Origin: Guillardia theta CCMP2712
Taxonomy: Eukaryota > Protista > Cryptophyta
Reading direction: 5' to 3'
Assembly (NCBI RefSeq): GCF_000315625.1
Contig: NW_005434506.1
Coordinates: 13,190-77,189 of the forward strand
Length of the DNA stretch: 64,000 nucleotides
Shown here one piece after another: positions 33,700-45,824 of the stretch. The translations under genes and the position numbers were made by a program. How positions within the stretch are numbered: position 1 is the first letter of the stretch; each line of letters starts with the position of its first letter. Below the pieces are notes generated by a model. That model searched no databases. It was given only the letters and a program-made list of their open reading frames with translations, and had not been told where the DNA came from.

Positions 33700-34860
33700 G
33701 ACACAGAGGTCAATACCTCCATCTTCTGGGATCCAAGAAGGTAAGGCAACCAATACCTCCGCACTAACGCCAAATTGAACTTTCATTCTGTTGTCTGTTT
33801 TGATCGATAGCTTGCGGCTCCTTGTGCAAGTTGATTTCGTTATAACACTTCCATCATGACGCTGAGTTTTTGCTTTTCTCGCTTCTACAAATCAAATCCC
33901 CAATCACCATCTGCCTTGTTGCGCTCTGGTCTTCAAAAAAGTTGAATAAACTACTTCATGCAAGGTGATGGTGAGAGTGAGCAAGACATGCGAGGAGATC
34001 GAACAAGACGTCTCCCTCTTGCTGTCCAGATTTCATACTGTTGTTGGACTTGACGCGGAATAGTGTTCGGGTAAACATGGTTGGTGTGTCGGTCTTACAG
34101 GTATTGATCCTCTTCGTACTGCACTGTGCTGTTGTTCTCTCACACACGTCCAAGCTCTCTTGTGAAGATGTCGCCCTCGTCATTCAGCTGGGAAGAGCGA
34201 TGAAAAGCTGCAGGTCGCCTCAACTCCCCAGGCTTCGAAAGTTGCTGGACGATGCCAGCATCGTCAAAGTTGGGATCAACATCTTTCATGTGAGTACTGG
34301 TCGCTACTGCATCAATAGACTCATTGGTAAACGATCATGACGTTGTCTTGCTCTTCTTTCCCGTGGACAGGATGCCGATAGGTTGGAGGCGTTGGTTGGC
34401 ATCAAGACGAGGTTGGAAAATGGACGACTTTGTCACAAAGCAAATGGCATACTGCCTTTGAAAACGTAAGGTCCATGTTAGACCTGCGATATCTGAGCTC
34501 CGTTCATCACATCGATGCATTCGGGTTGAAGGTCACTCATTTGTTACTCGGGCTAGCGTGATTGTTTGTGCCTTCAGTCTCTTGCCAAACACAGCAGGAG
34601 ATTGCTCTGCTCTACACTGGTCGCATCCAAGCTTGCGATGGGGACGGAGCAGTTTGCATCCTGCCTCCACTCCCCCTGAGTTGTTGGACCCTCCGTTTGG
34701 TGAGGACAAGAGAGGAAGGAGAGCGAAGAAACGCTCGAGCTCGTGCAGAGAGGAGGAGGAGAGGAAGAGGATGTCACACAAGTGTAAAGCTTCGATGCTT
34801 GCAACAAGACAAACAAGCTTGTATCACAACTGCATGCTGCTGGTGCGACACACGAGACGA
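33700..34860 (+). pseudogene. WRN/DnaQ-type (DEDDy) 3'-5' exonuclease, disrupted by a stop and a frameshift
   Basis: TVVGLDAE then TAG (34061-34063); in the +1 frame GVSVLQ / LSCEDVALVIQL..LPRLRKLLDDASIVKVGINIFH / DADRLEALVGIK. Boundaries approximate. Confidence 0.65.
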
Positions 34861-35609
34861 TAGGGAATCATCATGGCATCAGATTGTGACTGGATTGTTC
34901 AAAAGCTGTTCAGTCACCAGTGAGCTCAAGGACACATGTCTTCACAACGATGTCTGACTGAGGTTCTGAAGAAATACAGTGCATTTTAGCAGTGAGCTGC
35001 TCGATTGCTTGAAACAACCGTCACTCACTACCCGGTGACCGACGGTACCGGCGGTATGATCCACAGCACTATCACTAGTCATGATCAAATGACTCTGTGA
35101 CAAGCAAGTCTGAGTGGTTCCTGAAGGAGTCGGACTGCTGACCGTCGACCGGGCCGGCGGCGCGGTCCGATCACGATAGCGACCCCGGATTCTTAGTGAC
35201 TCAACTGACTAAGTTCCGTCATGATACATAAAGGTCGAGCTGCCTTTTCAATCATCCTATATCACTCCTGAGGGGGGCTCATAATCCAGTGTCAGCAGAA
35301 ATTGATGATGGAGATGCAAAGAGGGGGGAGAGGGCAGGGAGGGAGGAGGAGGAGAGGGCGGGGAGGGAGGAGGAGGAGAGGAAGAGGAGAAGAGGAGAGG
35401 CATCGACATGAGCATTGATGATGCCTAAGAAGAAGGAAAGGGGAGGAGTTGATGATCAGGGGAGGTAGGTATGATATCAGTGTGAAATGTTGCTTTCACG
35501 AACAAGACGGGACCTGGAGTGCAGAGGAAACTATGAGCAAGCAACATCGTCCTTGAATTTGATTCCTTCCTATCAGGATGATTGCACGCATCCCCTTCAA
35601 CACCAGAGC

Positions 35610-36073
35610 ATGGATTTCCCAGCATTTCGCATCGTATCGTGGCGCGTCTGTTCCAGAGCAATCGAGCCGGAATGGTTAAACCTTCCCCTGCCCTCGCCTA
35701 CATGCAAGTATGACGACAGATCAGGTCTGAGGTGCTTGCTGGGATGCTCGCAGAGCTCGAGGCGTCGGAGCTTCTCCTCCTCAAGGTCGAGAGCTTGGAG
35801 ATCCCGTTGCTCACTATCCTTCTTACACTCGCTCTGCAGTGACGGCAAAGAAGAGGAAAGCAACAAAGGTGAGAGTAGCAGAAGCAAATGCGGAGGATTG
35901 GGGTGGAGCAGGGAGCAGGGAACAAGGAGCAGGGAGCAGGGAACAAGGAGCATGGGGGCAGGGGGCAGGGGGCAGGGGGCGAGGGGGCGAGGGGCGAGGG
36001 GCAGGGGCAGGGGGCAGGGGCAGGGGGCAGGGGGCAGGGGGCAGGGGGCAGGGGGCAGGGGGCAGGGGGCAGG

Positions 36074-36133
<60 letters not shown>

Positions 36134-38609
36134 AAGGAGGAAGGGGGGGAAAGACAGATGCAGCGATGTCGTTGGGAACAGAAGGGAGCGGGTAGGGAGC
36201 ATTTAAGTATTTTTACCCTCAGAGCGATCCAAGTGGATAGGACGAGCAGCTTTCTCGGTCCCCATCGCCGGTGAAGGGGGAAGGAGCTGTTGGGGGGGGG
36301 CTGAGATCTTGCAGTGACGATGGGGCTCGGAGTCTGGCAGTCAAGGAGATACTTCGAGAAGATCGACGAGATTGAGATGAGGACAGCAGGTTGAAGCGCT
36401 GAAGAACCTCCCGCTCCCTCCTGCTCCTCGTCCTCCTTCTCTCCCTCCACCACTGCTAGCGCCATCACCACTGTTTCCTCCTTCAACCATCCTCCTCCTC
36501 CTCCTCCTCCTCCCTTTCTTCCTCCTGCTCCCTCCACTTCTGCTCTCACCTTTCTTCATTCTCTCAGCCATGACTTGGTGCTCCCTTCGCTGCTCCTTCC
36601 TATGCCACTGCACGCTACTTGCATTTCTCCTGTTCCTGCTGCTACTCACACTTTTGTTCTGCTGTTGATTTTGCAAGCACCATCACTATTTCGATCATCA
36701 TCAACATCATTTATGACATCATCTTCATTGGCAGATCTGTCGAAGAATGAAGTTGATCTGGACAAAATGAAGAAAGTTGAAGACTGGACGGCATTGCTTT
36801 ACAAGAAAGTCAAGGTAAACACGAGCTGTGCTTGTTCTTTGCTGCCCTCCTTCTCAGCTCCCCTACCCATCATCTATCCTCCTCCTCTCCTCCTCTCCTC
36901 CTCTCCTCCTCTCCTCCTCTCCTCCTCTCCTCCTCTCCTCCTCTCCTCCTCCCCTCCTCTTCTCTTCCTCCTCATTTATCACCACCGCCATTTCCCTCGC
37001 CCCCCGGGCTCCTAGAAATCTTCGCGTGGTCACCTTGTCATCATGGCCTTATGTTATTTTTCCATCAAGTTCCTGATCCTATCCCACTGACGCGCTGACG
37101 GNNNNNNNNNNNNNNNNNNNNNNNNNNNNNNNNNNNNNNNNNNNNNNNNNNNNNNNNNNNNNNNNNNNNNNNNNNNNNNNNNNNNNNNNNNNNNNNNNNN
37201 NTTCCTTCCTCCTCCATCTTTCCCTTCTGCCGCACCTTCATCTTCCTTCTCGATCTTGTCTCAGTCCTCCTCTGCCTCCTCCTCTGCCTCCTCCTCTCCT
37301 CCTCATCCACTGACTAGCTGACTGACAGCGGGCAGTGGATCCTCGTAAGTCGCGGTTGGATCCCGAGGAGGATGAGAAAGGACTATCCCATCAGTCAAGG
37401 TCTCCTCTCAGTTGACCTCGTCTCCCTCCTCCTTTCCACCTCCTCTCTCTCCTTCCCCTTGACTCCTTGCCCCTCTCTCCTCTCACCTCGCGTGCTGTTC
37501 TCCTTCCTTTTCTCCCGATCTTCTTCTCACGTCTATTGCCCTGCAGGGGATGAAGAAATCACCCTCGTCCTTACTCCTCAGCCCAAGGTGAACCAGCACA
37601 CAATTTCTTTCCTCTCCTCTTTCTCCCTTCCCCTCCTCTCGTCTCCTCTCGTCTCCTCTCGTCTCCTCTCGTCTCCTCTCATCTCCTCTCCTTTCGTCTC
37701 CTCTTCTCTCGTCTCCTCTTCTCTCGTCTCCTCTTCTCTCGTCTCCTCTCGTCTCGTCTCCTCTCGTCTCGTCTCCTCTCCGCTCCTCTCTTTCAACTCA
37801 TACCCTTCTCTCCTCTCCTCTCCTCTCCTCTCCTCTCCTCTCCTCTCCTCTCCTAACGCAACCATGGTTCTTCTCAGGCTGGAAGTCTCGCCCCTAAGAA
37901 CGATCCAGAGCAGAACAGCTGGTTCAGGTGAACAGCTGAACCATCACAATTCCTACCTTGTCCTCCTCCTCTCCCTCTCCTCCACTTCCATCCTCCTCCC
38001 CCAATATTGTCTCATCCCACTTCCTCTCCTCACTTCCGCTTCTCCTTCCTTTTGCTCATCATCGTCATAGTGTGGATCTAGCGGCCATGTCCGACTTCGC
38101 TCAGCTGCCGGAAGTCGCTCCCTTCGCGGAGCTCATCAGTGAGTAGAGAGGAGAAGATAGGGAGTGAGGGGAAGGGGAGGAAGGGAAGGAGGAGGCAGAG
38201 CAGATGGTAGGAGGAAGAAGGGAGAAAGAGACAGGGAAGGGAGCAGGAGGATGGGAAAATGGAGAGAGAGGAGAGGGAGGGGAAGAGCATAGATGGAAAA
38301 CGACAAAGCGAGCATGCAGAGGAGTGCAGGGGAAGGCAGAAGAGTGTCTGCTGACTGGCTGCTGCAGATCCTGTTGAAGGAGGGAAGTTTCCTCGACCCA
38401 AGAAGGTGGGGGCGCCTGTTATCCGTCCTTGTGTTGTGACACAGAGCAGGAGGGCGACCTGATCAACTTCTACGTCACTCCTGCTACGCATCTCTCCTAC
38501 GCTGCCACTTGGTGAGAGGCAACAATGATTGTCTTGCTCCCTCACTCGCCTCGTCAGGTACATGCTGTCGGGTGCAATGGCAGTAGCCACCTACTACCGT
38601 TTCAGGTGA
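35610..38609 (+). CDS. SURF1: SURF1/Shy1 cytochrome c oxidase assembly factor, multi-exon
   Basis: Spliced: AFSVPIA-VTMGLGVWQSRRYFEKIDEIEMRT / LLYKKVK / [gap] / QWILVSRGWIP / APKNDPEQNSWF-SVDLAAMS / GGKFPRPK / FYVTPATHLSYAATW-YMLSGAMAVATYYRFR*; Arg/Ser-rich mitochondrial-type leader; start uncertain. Confidence 0.9.
37102..37201. other. Assembly gap (100 N) inside SURF1
   Basis: Run of N. Confidence 1.
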
Positions 38610-38877
38610 AACCTGTCGACACACCTGACTGGTACAAACCGGGACGACCACGATGAAACGGACTTGTTGATTTGATCAAGATCAAGCCTAACATTTTCGT
38701 CACTGATGAAGGAAAAGCCCCACGTTCGCTGAGTCTATGTCATGTTAGCGTAAGAACGGCCAATCAGAGGCATCTTGCAAAAATGCTATGCAGTATGTAC
38801 TACAATGCAGTGCGGGTGAATAGGCCAAAGAGCATGAAAGAATACAGAGAGTTTTATTCATCGGCTCTTCTCATCGC

Positions 38878-39063
38878 TTACGAGCGGTTGTAGAAGTAGT
38901 CCCAGTGGTTGCGGGCGCGGACCCAGTCGTCGTAGGCAGCAGCATCGTTGGCCTTGTAGTAGGTGTCAGCGGAGGCGTTGTAGAGCTGGCGGGCCTGGGC
39001 GTTCTGGCCGGCGGCCTTGGCGTAGAGAGCAGCAGCAGTCTGTCCGTAGAGGGTCTGGAACAT
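38878..39063 (-). CDS. Small Ala/Tyr-rich protein (61 aa, possibly with an upstream exon at about 39305-39340)
   Basis: MFQTLYGQTAAALYAKAAGQNAQARQLYNASADTYYKANDAAAYDDWVRARNHWDYFYNRS*; strong C/G third-position bias; ATG directly follows a CAG acceptor. Confidence 0.65.
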   Translation of the reverse strand: MFQTLYGQTAAALYAKAAGQNAQARQLYNASADTYYKANDAAAYDDWVRARNHWDYFYNRS

Positions 39064-40560
39064 CTGGAAAAGAAACATGAGAAACTATGAAACCATTTGA
39101 GCCGCAATGGTCCTTCATGATCAAACAACCCATCAATCATCTTCTCTTCCTTTCCTGAGCTTCTCCCTCCCGAATCTCCTTCCAAAGCACCTTGATCTTC
39201 CTCTCTCTCAGCACCTGTCTTCTTTCTCTCCCTCCCTCCTCTCGATCGCCATCCCTCCCCATCCTCCGCCTTCAACATGTCGCATGCGCACAGGCATCGT
39301 CTCACCTTCGTGTGCAGAACGTCCTCCGCCGCTGCTTCATATAGACCCCCACCCCACCTATCCCTACCCTACCCGGGTACCATGATTAATTTAGAGCCAC
39401 CCAGCTACCTTCAACTACCCTTGCACATTCCTTTGGTCAACACCCCTACCCTGTCATTTCCGACTGGTTTCTCCGGGATAGTACCAGTACCCATGACCCC
39501 TTGTGGTCTGGAGCGATCGGTACTCTTTTCGGCGAAATGAGTTCAACTCTCCTTGTTCTCATGGGGTGGGGTGGTATTTGTGTGGGGTCCTACTACCCCC
39601 TTTCACAGAGGCATCCCGAAATAGGAAAAATGGTTGAGTAAAACTGAGAGGCTCGTAACCTGCTACTGAAGTAACTGTTGCCTAAACCCGGCGGGCCCGG
39701 GTCTGAGTCACCGGGCCCGGGCCCGGCCGGGCCGCCAGTAAGGGCCCGTCGGATCGGACCTTGCAGTGTCACACGGTTTCAAGTTGCAAGTTTCAGTGAC
39801 AATGATGGCCCTGGCTTGGAACAAACTGGCTTGGAACAAACTGCACTCAGCCGCGGCGGCGGCAAGCACTCCCGGAGCCTGACTCGCTGAGCACTGAGCA
39901 CTGCACACGGTGCCGCCGGGCCCGCGGTAGTGTCGTCGGCACCGAGCAGTGGCAGTGGTGTGATCATGATTCGCTGGAAGCGAGCCTAAGTTGAGTCCCA
40001 TCGGAGTCACCGGCGTCCGTCACAGCCGCCGGGCAGCCCGGGCCGGCCGGCCCCGCCCGCGGCCGGGAATCTGGATTATCCCTGCCGTATTGGGAGGTAG
40101 TGAGTCACTGGGCGGCCGTCCCGAGTCCGATCGGACCCGGCCCGGCAGAGTCTTAGTGATCAGTGCCACGATGCGGCGGCATGACTGGGTCCGGGACTGA
40201 GCGCCGGGCGGCCCGGGGCCGGCCGCCGGGCCGGCCGATCGGACTGCAAAAAAAACGGTTACAGAGCGTTACCTAACGAAGAGGCGCCGACAATGAACTT
40301 GGTACGGCAGTGACAAGGGGGGAGAGGGGAAGGGAGGAAATGATGTGATGGCGAAGAGGGAGAGAAGTAGCAGATGATGAGAGAAGATGGAACCAATGTG
40401 TAGATGGTGAGGATAGTGGTATGATTTGGGGGAGGAGAAAGATGATAGGTGAGGAATTCATGATTGAAGATGGATTTTTGTTTGTCCGCATGGGAATGGT
40501 CGAGGATGAGGCAGGTCGGTGAGACAAACTCGAAGAGGATCAGGTACAAAGCTTGAGGTG

Positions 40561-40667
40561 ATCTAGCCTATGTTGCAACAGATAAGAAGGAAGATAGAAG
40601 ATTGGAATGAGTGTATCTAGCCTATACTGCAACAGATAAGAAGGAAGATAGAAGATTGGAATGAGTG
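40561..40667 (+). repeat. 54-nt tandem duplication
   Basis: ATCTAGCCTAT(GT/AC)TGCAACAGATAAGAAGGAAGATAGAAGATTGGAATGAGTG twice. Confidence 0.92.
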
Positions 40668-40796
40668 CAAAGAGGAGACGTGGGCTGGAGCGAGATGGAG
40701 AGGCGATAATGCTGCTGTGTGAACGGGGCAGGGAGAGCGGATGAGGGGATGAATGAGAGAGGGAGGAGGGTGCGAAGTGCTGACATCTGGCGACAG

Positions 40797-41361
40797 ATGT
40801 CGCTCGAGAGGAGCTCGAGGGCCGTCCTCGTGCTCGGTTCACTGTTCGCAGTTGTGGCCCTGCTCCTTGCTCTCAGCGGATCGGCTGTGAGTACATGCTC
40901 CGCTGTTGTGTTCCTCCTTGACATATGCTCCCTCTTGCTTGTCTTCTTAACTTTCTGTTCCAGTCTGTCAAGCAGGCAAGACCAGCGGTCTTGATGCAGA
41001 GAGCAGCGAGGCAAGGAAAGCTGCGCATGACGATGCTGGAGGAGGAGGAGGAGGAGGAAGGATGTGTGTTGCTACATAGAATGTCCCTGCGCCCTCTCAC
41101 TGTGCTGCAGTTGTCCCTTTGGATGACGCTACCGAATACGACGAGAACAATGTCGGGCTGCACCAGAACGAGATTGATGAGGGGGTGAGGAGGAGGAGGA
41201 AGAGGACGAAGTGGGAGGGCAGTGGCGGAGGGGGGAGAGGAGGGGGTAGGGTGGAGGGGGGGGTGACGAGGACAAGGAGGAGGAGGAGGAGAGGACATCA
41301 ATGTGATACTTTGTTGCAGATCCCCGATGATTTTTATGAGGCCTTGAACGACTGCGATCAG
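40797..41361 (+). CDS. Uncharacterised N-terminally anchored acidic protein, truncated by gap
   Basis: MSLERSSRAVLVLGSLFAVVALLLALSGSA / SVKQARPAVLMQRAARQGKLRMTMLEEEE / PLDDATEYDENNVGLHQNEIDEG / IPDDFYEALNDCDQ. Confidence 0.6.
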
Positions 41362-41411
41362 GTAGGAAGAGAAAGCAGAGCAGAGCAGAGCAGATGTGAA
41401 TGATGAAGGGA

Positions 41412-41511
41412 NNNNNNNNNNNNNNNNNNNNNNNNNNNNNNNNNNNNNNNNNNNNNNNNNNNNNNNNNNNNNNNNNNNNNNNNNNNNNNNNNNNNNNNNN
41501 NNNNNNNNNNN
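41412..41511. other. Assembly gap (100 N)
   Basis: Run of N between two convergent incomplete genes. Confidence 1.
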
Positions 41512-41591
41512 AAGGAAGAGCAAGATAGAGTGAGCGCAGTAGAACATGGAGACAAGGCTGAATGGAGGGGAGCAAGACGAAGAGGAACAGC

Positions 41592-41709
<118 letters not shown>

Positions 41710-41740
41710 TGAGCATGAGCATGAGCATGAGCATGAGCAT

Positions 41741-41782
<42 letters not shown>

Positions 41783-41819
41783 AGAAAGGAATAGGAGTAG
41801 AGAAAGAAGTTTTCCTGAC

Positions 41820-43078
41820 CTTGATAGGATTAAGCAGATCCTCAAGCTCTACTCCATACTCCGCCTTGAGCTCTTGACGGATAACCTGTCGAAAGTTGAG
41901 GACAACGATGATGTAGAGAAGGAGGAGGAGAAGGAGGAGCAAGAGCAGGCAAGGAAGGGAAAGGCGACTACCTCCTTGAGAATCTTTTCGCGAGTATCCT
42001 CCATGAACATCAACTTCGACCTCTCGTCTGCAAACGTCTCCTCTGCTCCCCCGTAAGTCGGCTAAAGGAGGGAGGGAGGGAGAGAGTGGGGAAGGGAGGG
42101 AAGGAGGGTAGGAGGGAGGGAGGAGGAGTATTTCAACACCTGCAGTAACTCTTTCTACAATCTTCTCGATGTCCTCGCGTGCGATTCTCTCTTCGTCTCC
42201 TCCCTTGTTGTCTCTGCGTGAATCATTACGCCACTTGCACCACCACCTCCTCCACCACCGCCGCCGCCGCCGCCGCCACCACCACCACCTCCTCCTCCTC
42301 CCACTTACTCCACCCATCCAACGCGGGCAAGCGCTTCCTGAGCCTCATCCGGTAGATCGCCCTGCCAGATACCACGGGATGCGACCTGAACAACGACGAG
42401 CACGATTAGAAGAAAAGGATGGGAGAAGGAAACTTGAGGGAGAGGAGGAGGAGGGAGAGAAGCAGAAGAAGAGGCAGCAACAGACCTTGTCGATGAATGT
42501 CTTGCTCTCATCTGTGATTTTGATCAGAGACGAGGTTGAGATTGTAACTATTGGAAGAATAGAGGCAGGAGCAGAAAGGAGCAGGAGCAGGAGGTACCTG
42601 TATCCTTGTTGTTCATCCTCAAGCCACACAATCTACAACATGAAATGGTCAATGACGAAAGGGAGAGAGGAAGAAGGAGAGGGAGGGATAAGGGGAGGGA
42701 GAGAGAGAGAGGGAGAGGGAGGGAGTAAGGGGAGGGAGGCATAAGGGGAGGGAGAGGTAGAGGGAGAGATAAGGGGAGGGAAAGGGAGAGGGAGAGATAA
42801 GGGGAGGGAAAGGGAGAGGGAGAAGGAGAGGGAGAGGTTAGCTGGTAGTGCCGGAGGAAGGAGGAAGAGGCTCTGTCTGCTGCTACAGAATGAGTCACCT
42901 AGCTCGGCATGGCTTCGCAGTTCGTGACATGCCACAGATGCCGTTCAGCTGTGCTCCTTGACCGATGCTGTCGCAATGGTATCAGGAAGGGACAACAAGT
43001 CCTTGACAACCTGTTCAATGCTGGAGCGAACGCGCTGGCAGGTGCAAGGAGGACCAAGCATAGCAGGGCAAGCAGCAT
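41820..43078 (-). CDS. Plastid-targeted protein of unknown function (ASAFAP presequence), 3' end missing
   Basis: [141 protein letters not shown]. Confidence 0.75.
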
Positions 43079-43364
43079 GGATTGCGGTAAATGCTGATTG
43101 AAAATTTCACTATTTCAGCTTTTCGTTCTCTCATTTCCCCCTTCTCTCATTCCACACTCGCAACCTCGTCATCCGTCTGCTTTCATCTTGTGGTGAGCTC
43201 ACCGCAGACAGATCAACAACTGTACATGTCCCCTTGCATCTCCTGGCTCTTCACTCACCCCTTCAACTACTTTCACTCCGTCGCTTTCTCCCATGAAAGC
43301 TTCTTGTATTCTCAATGGTGCTGCTTCTTTCCTCGTAAGGCATCCTTCCTGGTCTCTCGTTCTT

Positions 43365-43406
<42 letters not shown>

Positions 43407-44674
43407 CTCCTCCTCCTCGTCCTCATCCTTGTCCTCGACCTCGTCCTCCCACCTCCCTTTGCTTACCTGCATGTGCTTATATATCTTGCAGGCCCCGGCA
43501 AAAATCTTGCCAGAGACTACCGTCTCTGGGCTCACCTCAGTACATTCCTAACAAAAATTATGAGGCAGCAAAATACTAATAGATGACAAGGGCAGATGAC
43601 AACCGTCGATTCACTGCCGCAGTGCGTGTCAATCTGATCACCGTCACACAGTACAGTACGGTAGTGCGGCAGTGCCCGTAGTACGGTACCCGGCCCTGGT
43701 TCGAGCCTGAGTCACTGAGTCCCGGCGATGTCACTGAGCGGGCCCGAACTGTCGGTCAGTGAAATGGCGGTGACGGTCGGACTCAGACAGGCTCCCGACT
43801 GGCGGCCGCGTGCCCGGCTTACTGCGGCAGTGCCCGATGTGGCGGCCGGGGCCAGCCTGGTTACAGTACTGAGTCATCGGACGCCGGGCCCCGGAGGCCG
43901 GGGTGAGCGCGGCCGCGGCAGTGACTCGGCGGCCAAGATGGCCGTACTGCAGAGTCCGACCGTCTGGGAGACAAAAAGAGCCTCGGAGCACGGGGCCCGG
44001 GGATCCGATGATCATAGGCTAGGCCCGGGCAGATGGTCGGTCGGGAGTCTGCAGAGGCACTTGCCAGCACGGCGGCACCGTGACTGCGGCAAATCTTGTC
44101 AGTGAGGTCATGATGCAGCCATCAAGAGAAACCGACCCGAACAGCCTAAGCCAGCGGCGTAGGGGACACGGAGACATGATCAGTGATGGTCGATGGTGAG
44201 GCATGCCAGCCAGAAGCCAGAGGACGGCCTAATCGACAGATCTGATCTCTTCGGAGTCGACGCGGAGTAAAAAACTTCCCAACCGTCTGTCATGCTCCTC
44301 AAAAGCACATCGCCTCGCATGGCTCTTCGAGCGATAAGGCCGTCAGGATAGCAACCGCTCCTGAAATCCCAGCGGTTGGAAACAGAATCAGGACTAAAGT
44401 AGTAAGCCGATCACGGTTTCCACTGCACGATCCTCGTAGTAAACATCCAGCCTCCACCTATAAACTCCGCAGCCCCGTTGCCCACTGCACCATCCGATGA
44501 GCTCCGCCCTCCAGCACCTCATTGCTCTTCCCCTCGACGCTCAAGCTCAGCTCGCTCTCGATCTCCCCTCGCTCCTTGCTCTCTGACCCCTCCTCCTCAC
44601 AATCTCTCCAACTCCCTTCTCCTCCTCCTGTGCAGATCTCCTGCATGACCACAACAGACAAGATGTGGCACCGA

Positions 44675-45600
44675 TGCTCGCGCTCCCTCCGCCGCCTGTC
44701 CGTCCACGCGTCTCCCCGCGCTGCTTCCAAGCCTCTCGCTTCCGAGGTTGCCGATGCCTATGCAGACCATCAGCCCGCATTCCCACGCCCCAACCGTCTC
44801 CTGCACTGCAGCAGCCTCTCTCTTCTGTCCTCCCGGATGTACGCCTGGCAGCTGGAGGACTTCGAGGAGCAGCAGGTCGCCTACAGGTCGCCGGGCTGCG
44901 TCACGTGCAGGATGTGCAGTCTTGAGAGCATCAGACGGCCAGCGATTGACCAGGGGGGCAGGCTGGAGGCTGGAGGGCTTCTTGGGGCGGTCAAGAGGGC
45001 CGGGTCAGGGCTTGGCCCATCCATCGACCGTGCGGGGAACTTTGTGATGGAAGGAGATCGAGCCCGATCCAAGAGCGCTCCTTGACCCCATCCCAGTATG
45101 GCGTCAGTGTGGACACGTGTGTCATCGGCATGTGGCCTTTGTCCGATAGGAAATGTTGATAGAGTCATAGGTTATTATACTTGAGAGATGCAATGAACTG
45201 CTTCATGAACTGCTACTTTATCCTCAGACTCCGGTTGATCATCCGTGAATACTAGGCGGTGCAAGTGACGCCGATCGGCGACCTGCAGGCGACCTGCTGC
45301 AAGCCTTGGCTGCCGCAGTGCTCAAAGTCCCGGGACTTCCCGTTGACGGTCGAGGCTGCCGGAGCACATCCGGGAGGACAGAAGAGAGAGGCTGCTGCAG
45401 TGCAGGAGACGGTTGGGGCGTGGGGATGCGGAGCACATCCGGGAGGACAGAAGAGAGAGGCTGCTGCAGTGCAGGAGACGGTTGGGGCGTGGGAATGCGG
45501 GCTGATGGTCTGCATAGGCATCGGCAACCTCGGAAGCGAGAGGCTTGGAAGCAGCGCGGGGAGACGCGTGGACGGACAGGCGGCGGAGGGAGCGCGAGCA
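44675..45600. repeat. Inverted duplication: 166-nt arms at 44675-44840 and 45435-45600, plus a 69-nt tandem duplication (45360-45497)
   Basis: Arms read as reverse complements; identical peptides appear in the + and - ORF tracks. Confidence 0.93.
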
Positions 45601-45824
45601 ATGGTGCCAGACCAGTGCGAAATGTTTTCGAGTTGTGTCGGAACCTTTGATGGTAGGTATAAGTGGGATGCCCTTGCACTGTCCAGCACTGAGTGTGAAA
45701 CCTTTGAAGCTATTGTTGGCTACAGGGAGTTGTCAACCCAAAATATCTCTCAACTGCAGTGACATTCACGGTGCATGAGGGTCGTCAAGTCAAGGTTGGA
45801 GTTCGATCATGTAGTGAAGAACGA

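Noticed and set aside
35597-36549. Long Pro/Gly-rich ORFs
   Set aside because: GGGGCA and GGACGA repeats in SURF1 introns
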